A DNA stretch of 49,235 nt from Thraustochytrium aureum (Eukaryota): NCBI GenBank assembly GCA_012862495.1, contig BLSG01000016.1, positions 1 to 49,235 of the forward strand. Direction: 5' to 3'. Position numbers and translations under genes: made by a program. A model generated the notes under the pieces. It was not told the DNA's origin. It did not search any database and saw only the letters and a list, made by a program, of their open reading frames with translations. Of the stretch, positions 48,249 to 49,235 are shown in pieces; within the stretch, counting starts at the first letter, position 1, and every line of letters begins with the position of its first letter.

Positions 48249-48817
48249 ATCAACGAGCCGACGTAGAACGCGGCACCCTCGTCCCAATTCACCGCGCCGT
48301 CCTGGCCTTCAAAGCAGAGGGACAGCGATTTGGCCAGCTCGTACAAGACGTACATCAGCACGACCTGGTACTGCACGCCTTTCTTCGCAAGCTGGTCGCG
48401 AACCGCATTGCCTAGGCCAGCCGCCGGCCCGGTGTCCTCAAGCGCGTCAGTCACGAAGCGGTGCGCATAGTCGTCCGCGCCGTAATAGGTTGCGAACAAA
48501 TCAAACTCGGGCAAGATGCGGCCGTCGACTTTGTCCGTCTGGATCTCGTCTGCCTTGGCCCGCAGTTCGGTCGAGAACGCGGCCAGCGCGCGCAGCGAGT
48601 CGCTCTTCGCAGAGTTGCGCCCGTTCTCGTAGACGTCTTGCGCCTGGTCCCACAGCCCCAGCCCGGTGTAGTTGGAGATGTCCTTGACATCCAGGTCGAT
48701 GCGCGAGTGCTCCTCCACGTCGTTTGCTGGAGTGTAAAACCCGAACGTGCCCTGGCCGCTCGCTGCCGACGCCGCCGTTGCCAGCAGCGCCAGCACCACG
48801 CTGGTGCCTACCGTCAT
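48249..48817 (-). CDS. FEA1-like low-iron-inducible secreted protein; 3' part in gap
   Basis: Signal peptide MTVGTSVVLALLATAASA followed by YTPANDVEEHSRIDLD, YENGRNS, LRALAAFST, YYGADDYAH, KKGVQY...MYVLYEL and WDEGAAFYVGSL, a motif series I recognise from algal Fea1-domain proteins. Confidence 0.75.
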
Positions 48818-49235
48818 CCTCGCCACTCCACTCCAAATGTCTTGCGAGCCGGCGAGCGCCAGAGCAGGTCCCGAGCGCACTCTTCTGTGAACACAGGAGC
48901 TCGCGTTCGAGGTCTGCCGTCCTTCCATCAACCAAACACGCACGCCGATTGGCCACCACCGCTGCCAGTAGCAGAGTCGAAACAGCGACGTTCGAGTTCG
49001 CCCACGGCCGCACCGACTCGTGGTTCGACGGGGATGGAATCAACATGGGACGCACGAGTGAGAGTTCATGAGTCAGGTGAGTCATCTGTTGGTTCACTGC
49101 CGCTGGTGACCGCCCATGGCCGCGTGGCGCCAAGCCAATCGCGTCGCGAGTTGCGTCCGACTGGGCGTCCGACGGCGACATGTGCTCTGTCGGCCCTCCG
49201 CGCGAGCGAGCGATCGCCTGTTCGAGGTGAGCATC

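Overview
GC-rich, gene-dense, intron-poor eukaryotic (protist) scaffold with about 20 N-gaps and many single-base frameshifts in short homopolymer runs. The gene content (7TM-RGS, Zn2Cys6 factor, IQ/WW/B-box giant protein, FEA1-like protein) suggests a stramenopile such as a labyrinthulomycete. This is inference only. Recognisable genes, in order: PP4-like phosphatase (-), CRAL-TRIO protein (+), a giant Sfi1/IQ + MORN + coiled-coil protein ending in dynein-stalk-like microtubule-binding modules (-), ARPC5 (-), HIRAN-F-box-UvrD helicase of FBH1 type (-), DHX15/Prp43 (+), succinyl-CoA ligase alpha (+), a giant IQ/WW/SAM-like/B-box protein (+), arrestin-fold protein (-), small 4-TM protein (+), PDE12 (+), 7TM-RGS (-), an internally duplicated multipass membrane protein (-), a secreted DUF4832-like protein (-), Zn2Cys6 transcription factor (+) and FEA1-like iron protein (-). 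No rRNA, tRNA, CRISPR array or intact mobile element was seen. The most interesting signal is the motor-less dynein stalk/MTBD-like domain, possibly in two tandem copies, on the MORN/IQ/Sfi1 scaffold at 3704-11280. All domain calls come from motif recognition by eye, not from database searches.
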